Below are positions 38,400 to 51,145 of a DNA stretch of 64,000 bases, in pieces. Origin of the DNA: Haliotis cracherodii (taxonomy: Eukaryota). The stretch lies in NCBI RefSeq assembly GCF_022045235.1, contig NW_027266319.1, positions 28,334,001 to 28,398,000 of the forward strand, read 5' to 3'. The notes under the pieces were generated by a model that did no database searches, was not told the DNA's origin, and saw only the letters and a program-made list of their open reading frames with translations. How positions within the stretch are numbered: position 1 is the first letter of the stretch; every line of letters begins with the position of its first letter. The position numbers were made by a program, and so were the translations under genes.

Positions 38400-39680
38400 C
38401 AGAGTACCATTCTGTATGACATATTGTTTAAAAAAATGTACACTGAATGCAACAGGTTCTTCTTCCATTAGTCATACCTTGATTAGTTTTGTATTAAATT
38501 AATACTTTTAAAGAGTTATGGTGAAATGTCTCGTTATGTCCATTCCCGTTTAAAAGAAAATGTGTGGAGTGACCTCAATAATCACATAAAATAACATCAA
38601 GTTACCCTAATCTGTTTTGACAAGAGATTTGCTGTTTAGTCAGAAGACTGAGCAAACACCCAGTTCATATAACCTATATATGTTTAAAACAATCATCAAC
38701 CGTGGTGAACACGTTCCTTCTTCTCAACACATTGTTTTCAGGACATCCAACATAGCCAGCGAACATTTTTGTTGGAACAACCTCTTTTCGAGTTTTTTCT
38801 TCAACAGAAAAAACAGCCTTTACCCGGCACAGTAACACAACACACACCAAAACATTTTCCCAGAGTGAACGTGAAACAAGGATATTGTTATCGAAATCAT
38901 AGATAGTCGACATTATTTGTTTCCAAATGTTCTTTTCTCTCAATCTATGCAACGGATTCAGTTGTTTTCCTGTTTGCCAGCAGGAAACGCGTGCGTTTGG
39001 ATCTCGAGGCAACAAAGTTGTTTTAGCAACACCGCTCTTTTTTGCATTTTCTTAATTCTGACACATATACTAATAGAGTCGGGTGCTGACTGATTTAGAC
39101 GTTTACTGTCCCTGCCTTTTCAATAGAGACGATCGGAACGAACAACTGTGTGCCGAAGTGAGGAAAGCCAAGGGAACTTCTGAACACTTCATGGGACCCG
39201 TGAAGATCCGGGGTAGAATACGTCTTCAGTAACACATGCTTGCCGTAAAAGGCGACTATGCTTGTCGTAAGAGGCGACTAACGGGATCGGGTGGTCAGGC
39301 TTGCAGACTTGGTTGATGCATGTCATCGTATTCCAACTGCGTGGATCGATGCTCACGATGTCAATCACTGGATTGTCAGGTCCAGACTCGATTATTTACA
39401 GACCGCCGTCATATAGCTGGAATATTGCTGTGTGCGGCGTTAAACAACAAACAAACTTCATGGGACTTCTCGCATTCATTATAATTGAGATTTGATCTGT
39501 GCAAGTACTGGATAAACTCACTGAATAAACTGATGCAATAAATATTTTTCGTTTTGATATATTTTATAACGACAAAGATCTTAGGTAAGATTTTTTACTT
39601 TGCTGCCTAAAAGTTTCCTATTCACCTGTCGCCAAGAGAAAGGAAACGCATCTTGAGCGGTGAGGTGAAATGGGGCGTCA
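38400..39680 (+). pseudogene. Decayed remnant paralog of the Cys-peptide family (intron-1 piece joined to intron-3 piece, terminal exon and 3' UTR; exons 1-3 not found)
   Basis: 38560-38655 resembles copy 3 intron 1 (22105-22195). 38716-38750 resembles the start of intron 3 (CCTTCTTCTCAACACATTG). 39160-39680 resembles the shared 3' UTR and flank (GAACACTTCAT.GGACTTCT, AATAAA.TGATGCAA, TTGCTGCCTAAA). Confidence 0.65.
39198..39454 (+). mobile_element. SINE-like repeat, family B, with TSD, inserted in the 3' UTR of the remnant paralog
   Basis: Direct repeat ACTTCATGGGAC at 39186-39197 and 39455-39466; (AAAC)n tail. Confidence 0.85.
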
Positions 39681-39906
39681 GATGATTGTCATCGCATTTG
39701 CATTTTAGTCCAGTGGTCTGTTTCATCGGATAATCAAGTCTGATTATTATCTGGCTTTGACGTTTTATATTAACATCGCGTTCATTGTTGCACTTACATA
39801 CCGACATGCATGTGTGTGTGTGTGTGTGTGTGTGTGGCTGCTTTTACTAGACGTGCATGTGTGTGTGTGTGTGGCTGCTTGTACAAGACGTGCATTTGTG
39901 TGTGGC

Positions 39907-40060
39907 NNNNNNNNNNNNNNNNNNNNNNNNNNNNNNNNNNNNNNNNNNNNNNNNNNNNNNNNNNNNNNNNNNNNNNNNNNNNNNNNNNNNNNNNNNNNNN
40001 NNNNNNNNNNNNNNNNNNNNNNNNNNNNNNNNNNNNNNNNNNNNNNNNNNNNNNNNNNNN
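39907..40060. other. Assembly gap (154 N)
   Basis: Run of N flanked by SINE-C-derived TG-rich repeats. Confidence 0.99.
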
Positions 40061-40370
40061 NAGGTGAGGTGAAAAGGGGTTTAACGTCGCGTCCAAGATT
40101 ATTGCACTTATATAGCGACGTGCATGTACGTGTGTGTGTTTGTGACTGTCCGGACTGATGCCGATATATAGTGCTAGCCCACTGAGATACCATGCCGCAG
40201 TTTAACATAAATACCCCACTCAGACACAGTATACTGACTCCGAGCCGACCAGTCCTTGTTTTAGCCCCTTAATGCCGAGCGCCAGACAGGGTAACAACAA
40301 GGACCAGCTTTTAACGTATTTTGGTATGACGCGGTCGGGGATCGAACCCCGGACCTTCCGCACCCCGGGC
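40061..40370 (-). mobile_element. SINE family C
   Basis: Reverse complement of 33547-33898. Confidence 0.85.
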
Positions 40371-40612
40371 CACGGGGGCGGTCTACTTGTACTAGACGTG
40401 CATGTGTGTGTGGCTGCTTGTGCTAGACGTGCACGTGTGTGTGTGGCTGATTTACTCACCAACTTCTAGAATGACAATCAAACAATTACGACTCAGTACT
40501 TGTGACCATCTGGTGAAACATACAATGTTCTTGTACAAAGGTTTCAGCGGGTGTCAGTGGTATCCTAGCCATTTATAAAAAATGAGGTCAATGTCTCAAG
40601 TACATATTTCCA

Positions 40613-40889
40613 GTGAGTGACTTGGGGTTAACGCCGCTTTTAACAGTACTCCAGTTATAACACGGCGTGTCAACTTTATGTGGGGGGGGGGGGGGGGGGG
40701 GGGAAGCCCGAAATGATGCAGGTCTCAGACGTTTACCACTTCGGTGAAACCCGCAAGCACGGGTATGGTACTGACAAACCTAGAAACATAATCGGGGCAA
40801 CGGGGATTCGAACCCACAATCATAGGTTTCTGGCGTGACCAAGGGACGCAAATTCTGGCGCCTTAGACGACTGCGCCATCCGTGCCCCC
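40613..40889 (-). mobile_element. SINE family D with internal poly-G expansion
   Basis: Matches 10268-10535. Confidence 0.75.
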
Positions 40890-41659
40890 TTTTTCCAAAA
40901 GACACATGGAAGTTAGGTATATGTTTAGGATAAAGCACGTCTGAGGGCTTTTTATGATATTTAAAACCCGCATCCGTAGGATAAGGGTTTTAGATATCAT
41001 AAAACCCGAGGGGAAGTGTTTCTAACTTATAAAACGAAAAAGGAAACTTAAAACAACATTTATCAACATTTTTTGTTTCAAAATACTTTCCTTGAACCTT
41101 ATGAAACGGGCGTAAAATATCTGTTGCTGGCGCACAGTTACTTGAAAAAGACATTCGTAAAAGCTTTGTGATTTATCAGCGCCTGTGTAGCCTTGTGGTA
41201 TACTCACTGGGCTACAGATACGAAGGTTGCGTGTTTGGGAATATAAAGAAAAGCATTTTTTTCTCATTTGATTTTACATTTTAAAATGCAATTTTGTTAA
41301 AATGCAAAATAAATTACTACCGAGAAACATTAATATGTTATAATCTAAATGGAAATTTTATAAACAAAATCCCCTGGATAGTATAACATCGGAGTTTATG
41401 AGATTTAACCCAAATGGAGAACAATAGGATGACGTCATCGGAGGTTTATACGTGAAATTACAGAAGGGGTGTTGCGCAACTTTTCACCAGGTGTTTGATA
41501 TATAATATATGAAATGGATCTCTACAAAAGTACAATATTCACACAAGAACACATCTAACAACATAACATGTTTTATTGGAAAGCATTATGTGATTAATGG
41601 TTGAAGATAGTGTAATATTAATGATAGAACTTATGACGTGCTGCACAGATAAGGCAAGA

Positions 41660-42220
41660 CAATAAATGGAACATGACGTCTTCATTGTGGTAACACACAA
41701 TCCGCTGGCCCGCTCACCACAAGATAGTTGATGGAACAAAGATGACGTCTTTCATACACAACCAACTGGCCCGCTCACCAACTCCTGAGGGAGTAAGGGG
41801 AGGACAGTTGATGGAAGAATGATGACGTCTTCCCTGTGGTAATACCCGCCCAACTGGCCAGCTCAACAAGTCATCAGGGGAGTTAGGGCAAGAGAGTTGA
41901 TTGAAGAAAGATGATGTCTTCCCTGTGGTAATACCCGCCCAACTGTCCCGCTCACCAACTCAATAGAGGAGATAGGGCAAGACAGTTGATGGAACAAACA
42001 TGACGTCTTTCATACACAACCAACTGGCAAGCTCACCAAGTCATCAAGGGAGTTAGGGCAAGAAAGTTGATGGAAGAATATGGAAGAATATGGTAATACA
42101 AGACCAACTGTCCAGCTCATAATTCAAGGACATGAGCAGAGTTAGGGCAAGACAAATTATGGAACATACATGACTTCTTCCAAGTGGTAACACACGATAA
42201 ACTGGCCTGTTCTCCAAACT
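41660..42220. repeat. Diverged ~80-90 bp minisatellite, about 6 units, related to 1911-2400
   Basis: Repeating GATGGAACA..ATGACGTCTT...CAACTGGCCCGCTCACCAA...TAGGGCAAGA. Confidence 0.75.
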
Positions 42221-45200
42221 GATGGTTATAGTTTCAGTTTCATATTGTTTAACGCCGCACTCAGCAATATTCCAGCTATATGGCTGTCTGTAAATATTCA
42301 AGTCTTGGCCAGACAATACAGTGATTGCAATCATGAGCATCGATCCATGCAATTGGGAGACGATGACATGCATCAACCAAGTCAGCAAGTTTGACCACCC
42401 GATCCCGATCCCGTTAGTCGCCTCTTACCACAAGCAGTCACCTTTTACGGCAAGCTTGGGTTGCTGAAGACCTTATGGTTATAGGTGGAGTTAGGACATG
42501 ACAGTTGATTGAACAAGATCAACATCATCATCATCAGTTAAGATTCTCATCACTGGCACCTCAGTCAAATATTTCAAGCATAAAAAAGTTTACTATGGTT
42601 GTTGTGTCAATTAAAGATGGTATCCAGGTGATGGCAGGTCTAAACACTAATGCTGTTGTCCACCTTTTGATAACCTTTTATAACAGAAAGATATTTGTAT
42701 AAATATAACTTGATCTTCATGCCTGAATTTCAACAATATGGCAAAATGGAATGCTTTTTCTTAATTATTACAAGAAAATGAATTCAATATTTGTTTGATT
42801 TGAACTTTTATTCATCTTTGGAATATCTCTCAAAATAACAAATTCATAACAGCTATAAGCACCAGACCAACTACAAGTTGGTTGGTGATAAATCAAAGAT
42901 GTTTTCCGCATTGCTTTACCAAGCTCAAAATGTCTTTTAAATTGTGAATGATAAAAAAATACAGTTTGGAGGACAACAAAACATTCAAAAATGAAAAACT
43001 AAACATTTTATTTTTATTCTTGGATGCTTATTTGAGCTGGGGTGCTCAATACAATTGAGAGGGAAAAACTTTAAAGAGAAAGATTACAAATAATTGAGGA
43101 ATACACATAATCATTATTGAATACACTGCAGCAGTGATATTGCATAGAAGGTAACAGTCAGTGGTGAGTTACAGTGCACATTGTTCCTATCATTAACAGT
43201 ATTAACAGCAGCAGCTAAACTGTTGACAATTGAAGGCACATTGTGAAAAGGCACATAGTGAAACTGGACAAGTTTAACAAAATATATAACACACTTTATA
43301 GAAAAAGTACTGCATTTCAAAGTTCATCAAAATAAGGCACTAGACATTTACCTCCATGGTCAAGAAACTGGTGTTAACTAGAATTCTTTTTCCTCTAGGA
43401 AACAAGAACAAGCATTTGATCGTTTCATTCTTTTTCCTGATAATACTTCAAATCGGTGTTGTATTCATTAGAACTAATTTCATCAAGAAAACATTTACTG
43501 ATGTTTGCATGTTTTCAAAAGTTAACACAACCATTTCCGTTGCTGAGGAATTGCCTCCCCATGGTGACTATTTCATAATGATTTTGGTTCAGCAAGTCGT
43601 TCATATTTCCAAGGTCATCGTCTGTCCAAATTAGACTGTTACAAACTCGTAACATACTCCACATTATTAATTGAGTTTCAATAATTTTGTCCCATCTGGA
43701 ATGCTGCATCTTATGAAAAGAAATAACATATCAATAAATATCCTCATGAACTTATCATCAGTACTAGGTTTAATACAAATTTAACCAAACTGATCAATAC
43801 ATAGACAATTACGTATGGGATGACTTCAATTATACTATTTGAAAATTATATTTAAAAAATATACAAAGATTTATAAAAAAAAATATTCAAAAAGTCCTAG
43901 TGTTTGTTTTGTGCCTCCTAGTGAGAGTGTTTGTTTTGTGCCTCCTAGTGAGTGAATGAGTGAATGAGTTGGGATTAACACCCCTTTGTAATCAGTTTTC
44001 CATTTATATCTCGGCCTGTCAGCTTCGTGTGGGAGGAAAGCCCGAAGTGATGCAGGTCTAGACAAATTAGACTTGACCCATCATCAAAGGTTTCTAGCAT
44101 GCCCAAAGGACGCAAGTCAGCATTGCAAATAGAGGCGCCTTAGATGACCAGGGGCCCCCCGGCCCCCCTTACCTTTGATGACAATATGACCATGCCTATG
44201 ATGCTGACAGGACAAGGATTGTAAACAGGGAGGTCATGGATTTGAACCCACAATCAGGACAACCAGTAATGCTAGATCCTGTAAACTGTGGCAACATATA
44301 CTACTGGACCGTCTACCTTACAAATACCTTCAGCAAAGTTTCAAATAAACTACTTTTCAAATGAAATGTCTGCTCAAATTGATATGAGAAATTCATCTAG
44401 ATTTCTCTGTCATCTAGATTTCTCTGTCATCTGTTAATATAATGTTGATAAGTTCACACAAATACCAAACACAGTTATCTAAAGCAAGACACAAAAGGAG
44501 CTGATACCAATGAGCAACCTCAATTGATGAGTTTGTGCTTGTCGATTGTCATGATTGGATGTTTAAAGCATCGTTTGATTGGAACTTCCTTAAGTCTTAT
44601 TGACTTACCATATTGATTTGTCATATGTCAATGTGTAAAAACAATATTCATATAAACAAACAATGCTGAAATAGTAAAGACAGGTAATGTTTTGGGGAAA
44701 AACTATGAGACACGGCTACAAATGGGGACAAATGTGTTCCACTAAGCCAGCTATGTCACCTCTACATCATTACAGCATGCTTCAGGTGCTAAGTCAAGGT
44801 CACTGACTTCTCATTTAGCTAAGAAAGGCCGTCACCCAGAACATCTGAGCTATGCATTTCCCACCTTTCACCAACAGCTGACCTGTACTAGATGACATTC
44901 AGGCAACACATAAACATGTTACACAAACCTGTACAAGCTGAATAACCATCATTTCATTTACAGCTCTGAATGTTTTTGAAAAATATTTGAAAATCATTTG
45001 AAACTTTTTGTCAAGAAATGGCTTCAAAACTTATTTCAAAGACATTTCTACCTTCCTTTATAGTCATATATATAAAGAGAATACTGGCACAAACACTATT
45101 TATCAACTACAACCCTCCGTCGCCTAGATTACAGAATTCTTAACAACAAATAGCTACCAGCCTTGATGTAATTAAACTTTGTAAAAAATATTTTTTAGAA

Positions 45201-45978
45201 ATGCTCAACATTCAATGGACCGAACAATTACAAAGCATTCACTATTAATCTCTTACAGCTGTACCAGTAGGAAAAATATTTGTATTCAATACAAAGGAAC
45301 TGTACACCAGAGCAATATACAAAAAGGTTTACCTACTCGCATCAGGAAATAATATGCATACAATACAGCTGTTAAGGAAGAGTAGATAAGATACACAATG
45401 ATATATACAGCCAGGTGGATGTACATAACGAAAATCAATCAAATGATTGACACACACAGAGTGATAATAATACTATAATTCACTGGAACACAAGCATTTG
45501 TTTACATAATTCGTACAGCATCTTGTGCCTCGCACATATTTAAGACCATGCCAAAATTAATAAAATTATGACATCTGATTTCTGTTCATATTGATAAATT
45601 GATCAACAATTCTCTGCCAAGAACTCAACTACATATACTCATGGAAACAAATAAGGTAACATATAGCAATGCAACAAAACACAGTTTGCAAGAAATAAGC
45701 TCAATCAGCAATAACAAGAGCTTATTCTCAGGATCAAGTCCATTATTTCAGTGTTAACAACCTCCATTCATCCTTGGGACAACACACTCAAACCTTCACA
45801 CATGTTCCCTTATTTCTTTGCATGAATATATTCCTACATATTCACATTCACAGGACTTTAAGCTTACTTAAAGTATAACGTATCAGTTATAACAGAATGT
45901 CAAATAATCATGTTAGTACTGACACATCAGATGGCCACACCTTGCAACAGGGATGTAACTAGGTCACCCCACTGCTGC

Positions 45979-46531
45979 CATCTTCCCGAGGCAAGTGAGT
46001 TAACTGACTATAAAAGTCCAGTTTCCACCCTTGCCGAACTAGGCTGGCATTATGGAGTTACATTTTGGCTGGACTAACGAGTACATGCATAGTCCAATCA
46101 AAATCGCGCACCGAAATCGAAATCCGGATCGTAATCTGTCATGCAGATATCGGTCGACTGCAGCATTTGCAAAGCATGTGCACCGCTAACTCGTTGTCAA
46201 CAGATATTTTCTAAAAAAATTCATGTTTTTAATCAAGGTGCTCACGTGATTTGATGTACTTCGCGATGTAAGACTCGTTTTATCATAATATAGATCTTGA
46301 TTATCGATCAGATCGTCTTGACTGGGTCCCACTGTTTTGTTTGAAGCAAATGCAAGTGATACGAGAGGTTCAATCTGATTAAGTCAGTAGGAGAGGCATA
46401 GAAAGGACATACCTGGTAACTCGCAATAGCCACTGGTGGCGCTACGATCGAGCCCAGGAAATCCAGCCTAATTCGGCAAGGGTGGAAGCTTGACTTTTAA
46501 AGTCAGTTAACTCTCTTGCCTCGGGAAGATG
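45979..46531. mobile_element. Non-autonomous DNA transposon (MITE), ~70-bp TIRs
   Basis: CATCTTCCCGAGGCAAG(T/A)GAGTTAACTGACT...CCACCCTTGCCGAA.TAGGCTGG inverted at both ends; flanking direct repeat (C/A)ACTGCTGC. Confidence 0.85.
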
Positions 46532-49500
46532 AACTGCTGCAAACTTGTCCACAACATATCAGCTGCACCCATGTTTGAAATAGACCCAAGGGCGACAGAT
46601 TTGTTCTCGGAGTGAGAGTTTTAAATTTCAGCAGGCCCTTATGGCCCGCATTTTATTAAAGTAATTATTTGTCAGGCATTATTTAACCAATGTGACAAAC
46701 ATAACTTAACTCATATTAATAAACAGTAGGATTCGATCTTCAAATGGTGCATGACATCTAGTCGCAAAGATGTTTTACAAGCTAATAATTTCCTTATAAA
46801 TGTAGGCTGCATCTATCACCATTGAGTCTGAGAACTCTGTGTGACAGCAGTAAATGTTTCGGGTTGACTGGTTGTTTTATGTAATTAATATTCCAAGAAT
46901 ATGTCTCTCAGCTTCAGCTAAAATGTTTGGGCCTAAAGTTTTTCCACTGGGCCTACAGTTTTTCCATGGGGCCTACACTGTGCTGAACCAGTACAGATCT
47001 GTCAGTATCAACAGCTGGTGAATTTCCTTCACCAGGACGGCTCTTCATAAAGAAATCAATTTACCTTCCTATTTCCTTAATGGACTCAAATCTCAAAAGG
47101 AATTCAAGTTATTTTTTACCATTAAAATACATATTCATTTCCTGTTTGTTAGACAAGTTAAATGCACAACAGTTGAAGAGGTGAGTGTATTAATAACAGC
47201 AACTATCCAGGAAGATGACAAGGTCGTAGGGGAGTAAAATTTGATACTGTCTATGAGAAGACAAATACACTGGAACCTTGACCTTAAACATGTCCACTAC
47301 TCACACACATTCCATACAATGTCTTCCTCCAAACAGGTGCTTCAAGTTACAAAGTATCTATTTAGATAACTTCTATATGTCGTTATTATTACAAAAAACT
47401 GGTGAGTTTCACGATTAGTTATTGATTAGTGATGGGGTGGATGTTGAAATTACAAACTACAATTACCTAAACATGCCAAATGTATGTCACATATTTTTGT
47501 GTGTCATTTTAGGGGAACCTTTCACTAGTGCTTGTCAATATCCTAATGGCTTTCCTACAGGATTTCACCAACAATGTCTATTTTCCTTCCTCGCCTTCTA
47601 CATTCCCCACCCCTTGTAAAGTGTTTATATTTTTCACATCCTTCCACAATCCCTCACAAATGCACGTGAAAATGAGAACAAGGTGGAATACAGGGTAAGG
47701 ATGTACCAGTTGACTCTGAAAGGAACAGGGCTAATACCTCTTTCATTACAATACAAATATTCCACTATGACTGTTACAGCAGGCACACATTGTCCACCTT
47801 GGTTATAAGGACAACGGATCTCCTCAGTCAACTTAAACACATTTCCACCACGATCTCTACCTAGGTACATCTACTACTCAAAAGAAATTAAAGAACAAGT
47901 GAATATACGGCTGATGGGTATTGCTACACAGCCTTCAAATTGTGGGCGTTCTTTAACCTTTTTTGAGTAGTATATATACTACTCAACTTATGTTAGGTTG
48001 CATTAAAAGAAAAATATTTTTCAGGCACATTTGCTCAGATTCTTTTTAATGAAAACAAAACTGATTAGGAACTAACAGTTCATAATTTCTTTCCACCAAG
48101 AATACCAACAAACACAACTGCACTCATTGAACTGTATTTTATGATAATAGCATCTCATTCATATATGAGGGAATTTTGTAAATAACTTTTAGCAGCAATA
48201 AAGATGACAGACATTGATGCACTTATGCCCGAGAAACATTTCCTTTTTTTCGCAGCCTATTTTATACTGTAACAATAAAACTGGGAATAACAAAATACAG
48301 ACATGTGCACTTACGTTTGTTTGTTTTGAAATGAAGCTTGTCAATTTATGTTAGTTGCAATACAACATACAATTTAATATCATATTTATATCTTGCATAA
48401 ATGTCTAATTAAGTCCCCATGGGAATATCCCTACCACAAGTTGAGCAGTATACACACTGCTACGCTTCGCCCCAGCAGCTGTTGTCCTCAATGGCAAGTT
48501 AGCAGCAGTCCTGTGTGCGATGTGATCCGAACTTATCAGTGAACAAACATAACAAGCAAATATCAACATGAAATATTTCCTGTCCTGGTTCAATCTGAAA
48601 GTTTACTTCCCTTTCAGAGTCAAAGGGTTGATACTTTTTATCACATTTCACACACAACTGCCTGGACTTGAGGAGACCCTTCCCAGAGTAATCTGTACTT
48701 CAAATACACAACTTCAGTATATATATATATAAATCAGACATAGTCATTTCCTATAACATAACAGTTCCAATCCTTCTGAAGGATGAAACAATACCTCAAG
48801 GCAGTTTTGTTCTGACAGAGCTCGTTATGACTGAATACAGTAAAGTAGCACTACTCATACTCTGATACAATGTGTGTGTACATCTACATGGGCTTGGCAT
48901 ACCATTACCAGATGTTCCACAATGCTCAACCACCACAATGACTAAGATCAGCTTTTTGTAAAAAAACTTTGATGAAGCATACTTTTATGCATTATTTTGC
49001 CTCTATGAATGTATAAACATATGAGCCTCTCCAAAGTTTGTCAATGAAAAATTGTTACATAAAAATGGGGTGTGTGGGTTTTTCTTATTTTTTTAATATT
49101 TTTTTTGGGGGGGCAGCAAATTAGGACACTTTAAAGATCAATGTAAGCACCCCCTGCACCACACTCCCTATAATAAATGGCTTGACCCTTATTGTGATCC
49201 TTACACATTTTTTCCATTTGTTTAGAGAAACATGTTACCCAAACTTTTAACTCTCCAAGTCTCCTGAATGTCACTCAACAATATCAAGACACTTAACAAC
49301 AAAAGAGTGTCCGTATTTTTACAAAAAGTTTAAGTTTCTAAGTAATGAAATTAGTTTTCACAGGGTAATTTTGTTGCAAATCTCTTAAGCACAATAAAAA
49401 GTGAGTGAAAGATGCCCAACATCTACTTAATTCATGACCTGTTGCCTGTCACTGGCCACTGATGTTATTCTGTCAATCTACTTAATTCTTAACCCTATTG

Positions 49501-49638
49501 AACTGGAGGTAACATGCCTAGTTCTGTCTATTGATGTTGTTCTGTTTGAATATTAACAAATGTGCACAGAGTTGAAGCATATCCCTAAGCCTTGGGGACA
49601 TAAGGAGCCCAGGTGTTCACTTCCTCCACACCCCAACT

Positions 49639-49753
49639 CCAGGGCCCACTTGCACAAAGCAATCTTAGCGCTAAGATGGTCGTAACCCCCATACTTTAGC
49701 ATAGGCTTACAATAGTCTTAGCGCTAAGATCGTTTTGTTCAAGTGGGCCCTGG
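49639..49753. mobile_element. ~110-bp palindromic MITE-like repeat (other copies about 52803-52912, 53140-53252, 56982-57092)
   Basis: CCAGGGCCCACTTG...CAAGTGGGCCCTGG ends with internal palindromes TCTTAGCGCTAAGA. Confidence 0.75.
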
Positions 49754-49992
49754 ACCATGTGTGGCTTGACAGTTTCCTAAACTTCCCTCTGCGTCACACC
49801 GTGACACAAGCATGGATCAATGATAATAATTGGTGTGACTCTGAGATTCGAACCCATGACCAGCAGATCCCAGCAGACACAACTCAAAGAGCACCCTAAA
49901 CCACTGAGACATTGATGCCTCCCAGACAACTATAACCTTGGTGATATTTATACACCACAGAGCATATTGAATATTGCAATAAGTCTATAAAA

Positions 49993-50498
49993 GACTTGTA
50001 TTCATAACCTATTGTACGAGTCTTGTATTTATAACCTATTGAACAGGTCTTGCATTCATTACCTATGGTACGAGTCTTGTATCCATAACCTATTGTACGA
50101 GTCTTGTATCCATAACCTATTAAACAGGTCTCGTATTCATAACCTATTGTACAAGTCTTGTGTTCATAACCTATTGTATGAGTCTTGTATTCATAACCTA
50201 TTGTACGAGTCTTGTATCCATAACCTATTAAAAAATAAATGTTGTATTTATAACCTATTGAACAGGTCTTGTATCCATAACCTATTGTACGAGTCTTGTA
50301 TTCATAACCTATTGAACAGGTCTTGTATTCATTACCTATGGTACGAGTCTCGTATTCATAACCTATTGTACGAGTCTTGTATTCATAACCTATTGTATGA
50401 GTCTTGTATCCATGACCTATTGAATAAGTCTTGTATCTATAACCTATTGAACAGGTCTTGTATCCATAACCTATTGTATGAGTTTTGTATTTATAACC
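49993..50498. repeat. 27-bp minisatellite, about 19 units, downstream of the PAK stop
   Basis: Unit GTCTTGTATTCATAACCTATTGTACGA. Confidence 0.93.
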
Positions 50499-51145
50499 TT
50501 CTGTACTAGTCATGGTAATCTGTGATCTCAGTTCTCAAGTATAGTCTACATGAACATTAACTCTCTGGATGACACATCACATTGCGGTCCTTAGATAAAG
50601 CCGTGATTGAAACATCTCAAAACTCTCAGGGATGCTCAGCCTGACTTATTGACAAAGGTCAAAACCCTCTATTGTTTATCCTACAGATATTGTGTTTCTT
50701 AAAGTAAAGGAGTTACCATGGTAATGATAGTCAAAGCACCAAAGAACAAGCCATGGAACAAGGCTGTGGGTGCTCTATCCATAGACACTAATAGAAGGGA
50801 TGGCCCTTACACCTGTTTGTTTTAGGTTTTTGCTAGAGTGCAACGTAAATTACCATTTCAGTTTAGTGTTAAGACATTTTCCAAGCATGAACTAAAAATG
50901 AAGATTAAAGGACACAATTTTGTGAGGATAGTGATGCATATTGAAGAGTGAACAATGTGCAATAATGTCAGCTGTCTCTAAATAATGGTATGGTCACTTC
51001 AAAACGTGACTACAATATGTACATGAGATGTGTCATGTCATCACACAGTCAGTGATGAAGCAAATATCGCAACTTGCGGGTGCAAAATTCATCCTATGCT
51101 CAAGCCCATGAAGATATATACACTGACCAATGAGAATCAATCAAC

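Noticed and set aside
49896-50513. 205-aa GYEYKTRTI repeat ORF resembling a Gly/Tyr-rich shell protein
   Set aside because: 27-bp minisatellite open on both strands, no signal peptide or splice context, and just downstream of the PAK stop.
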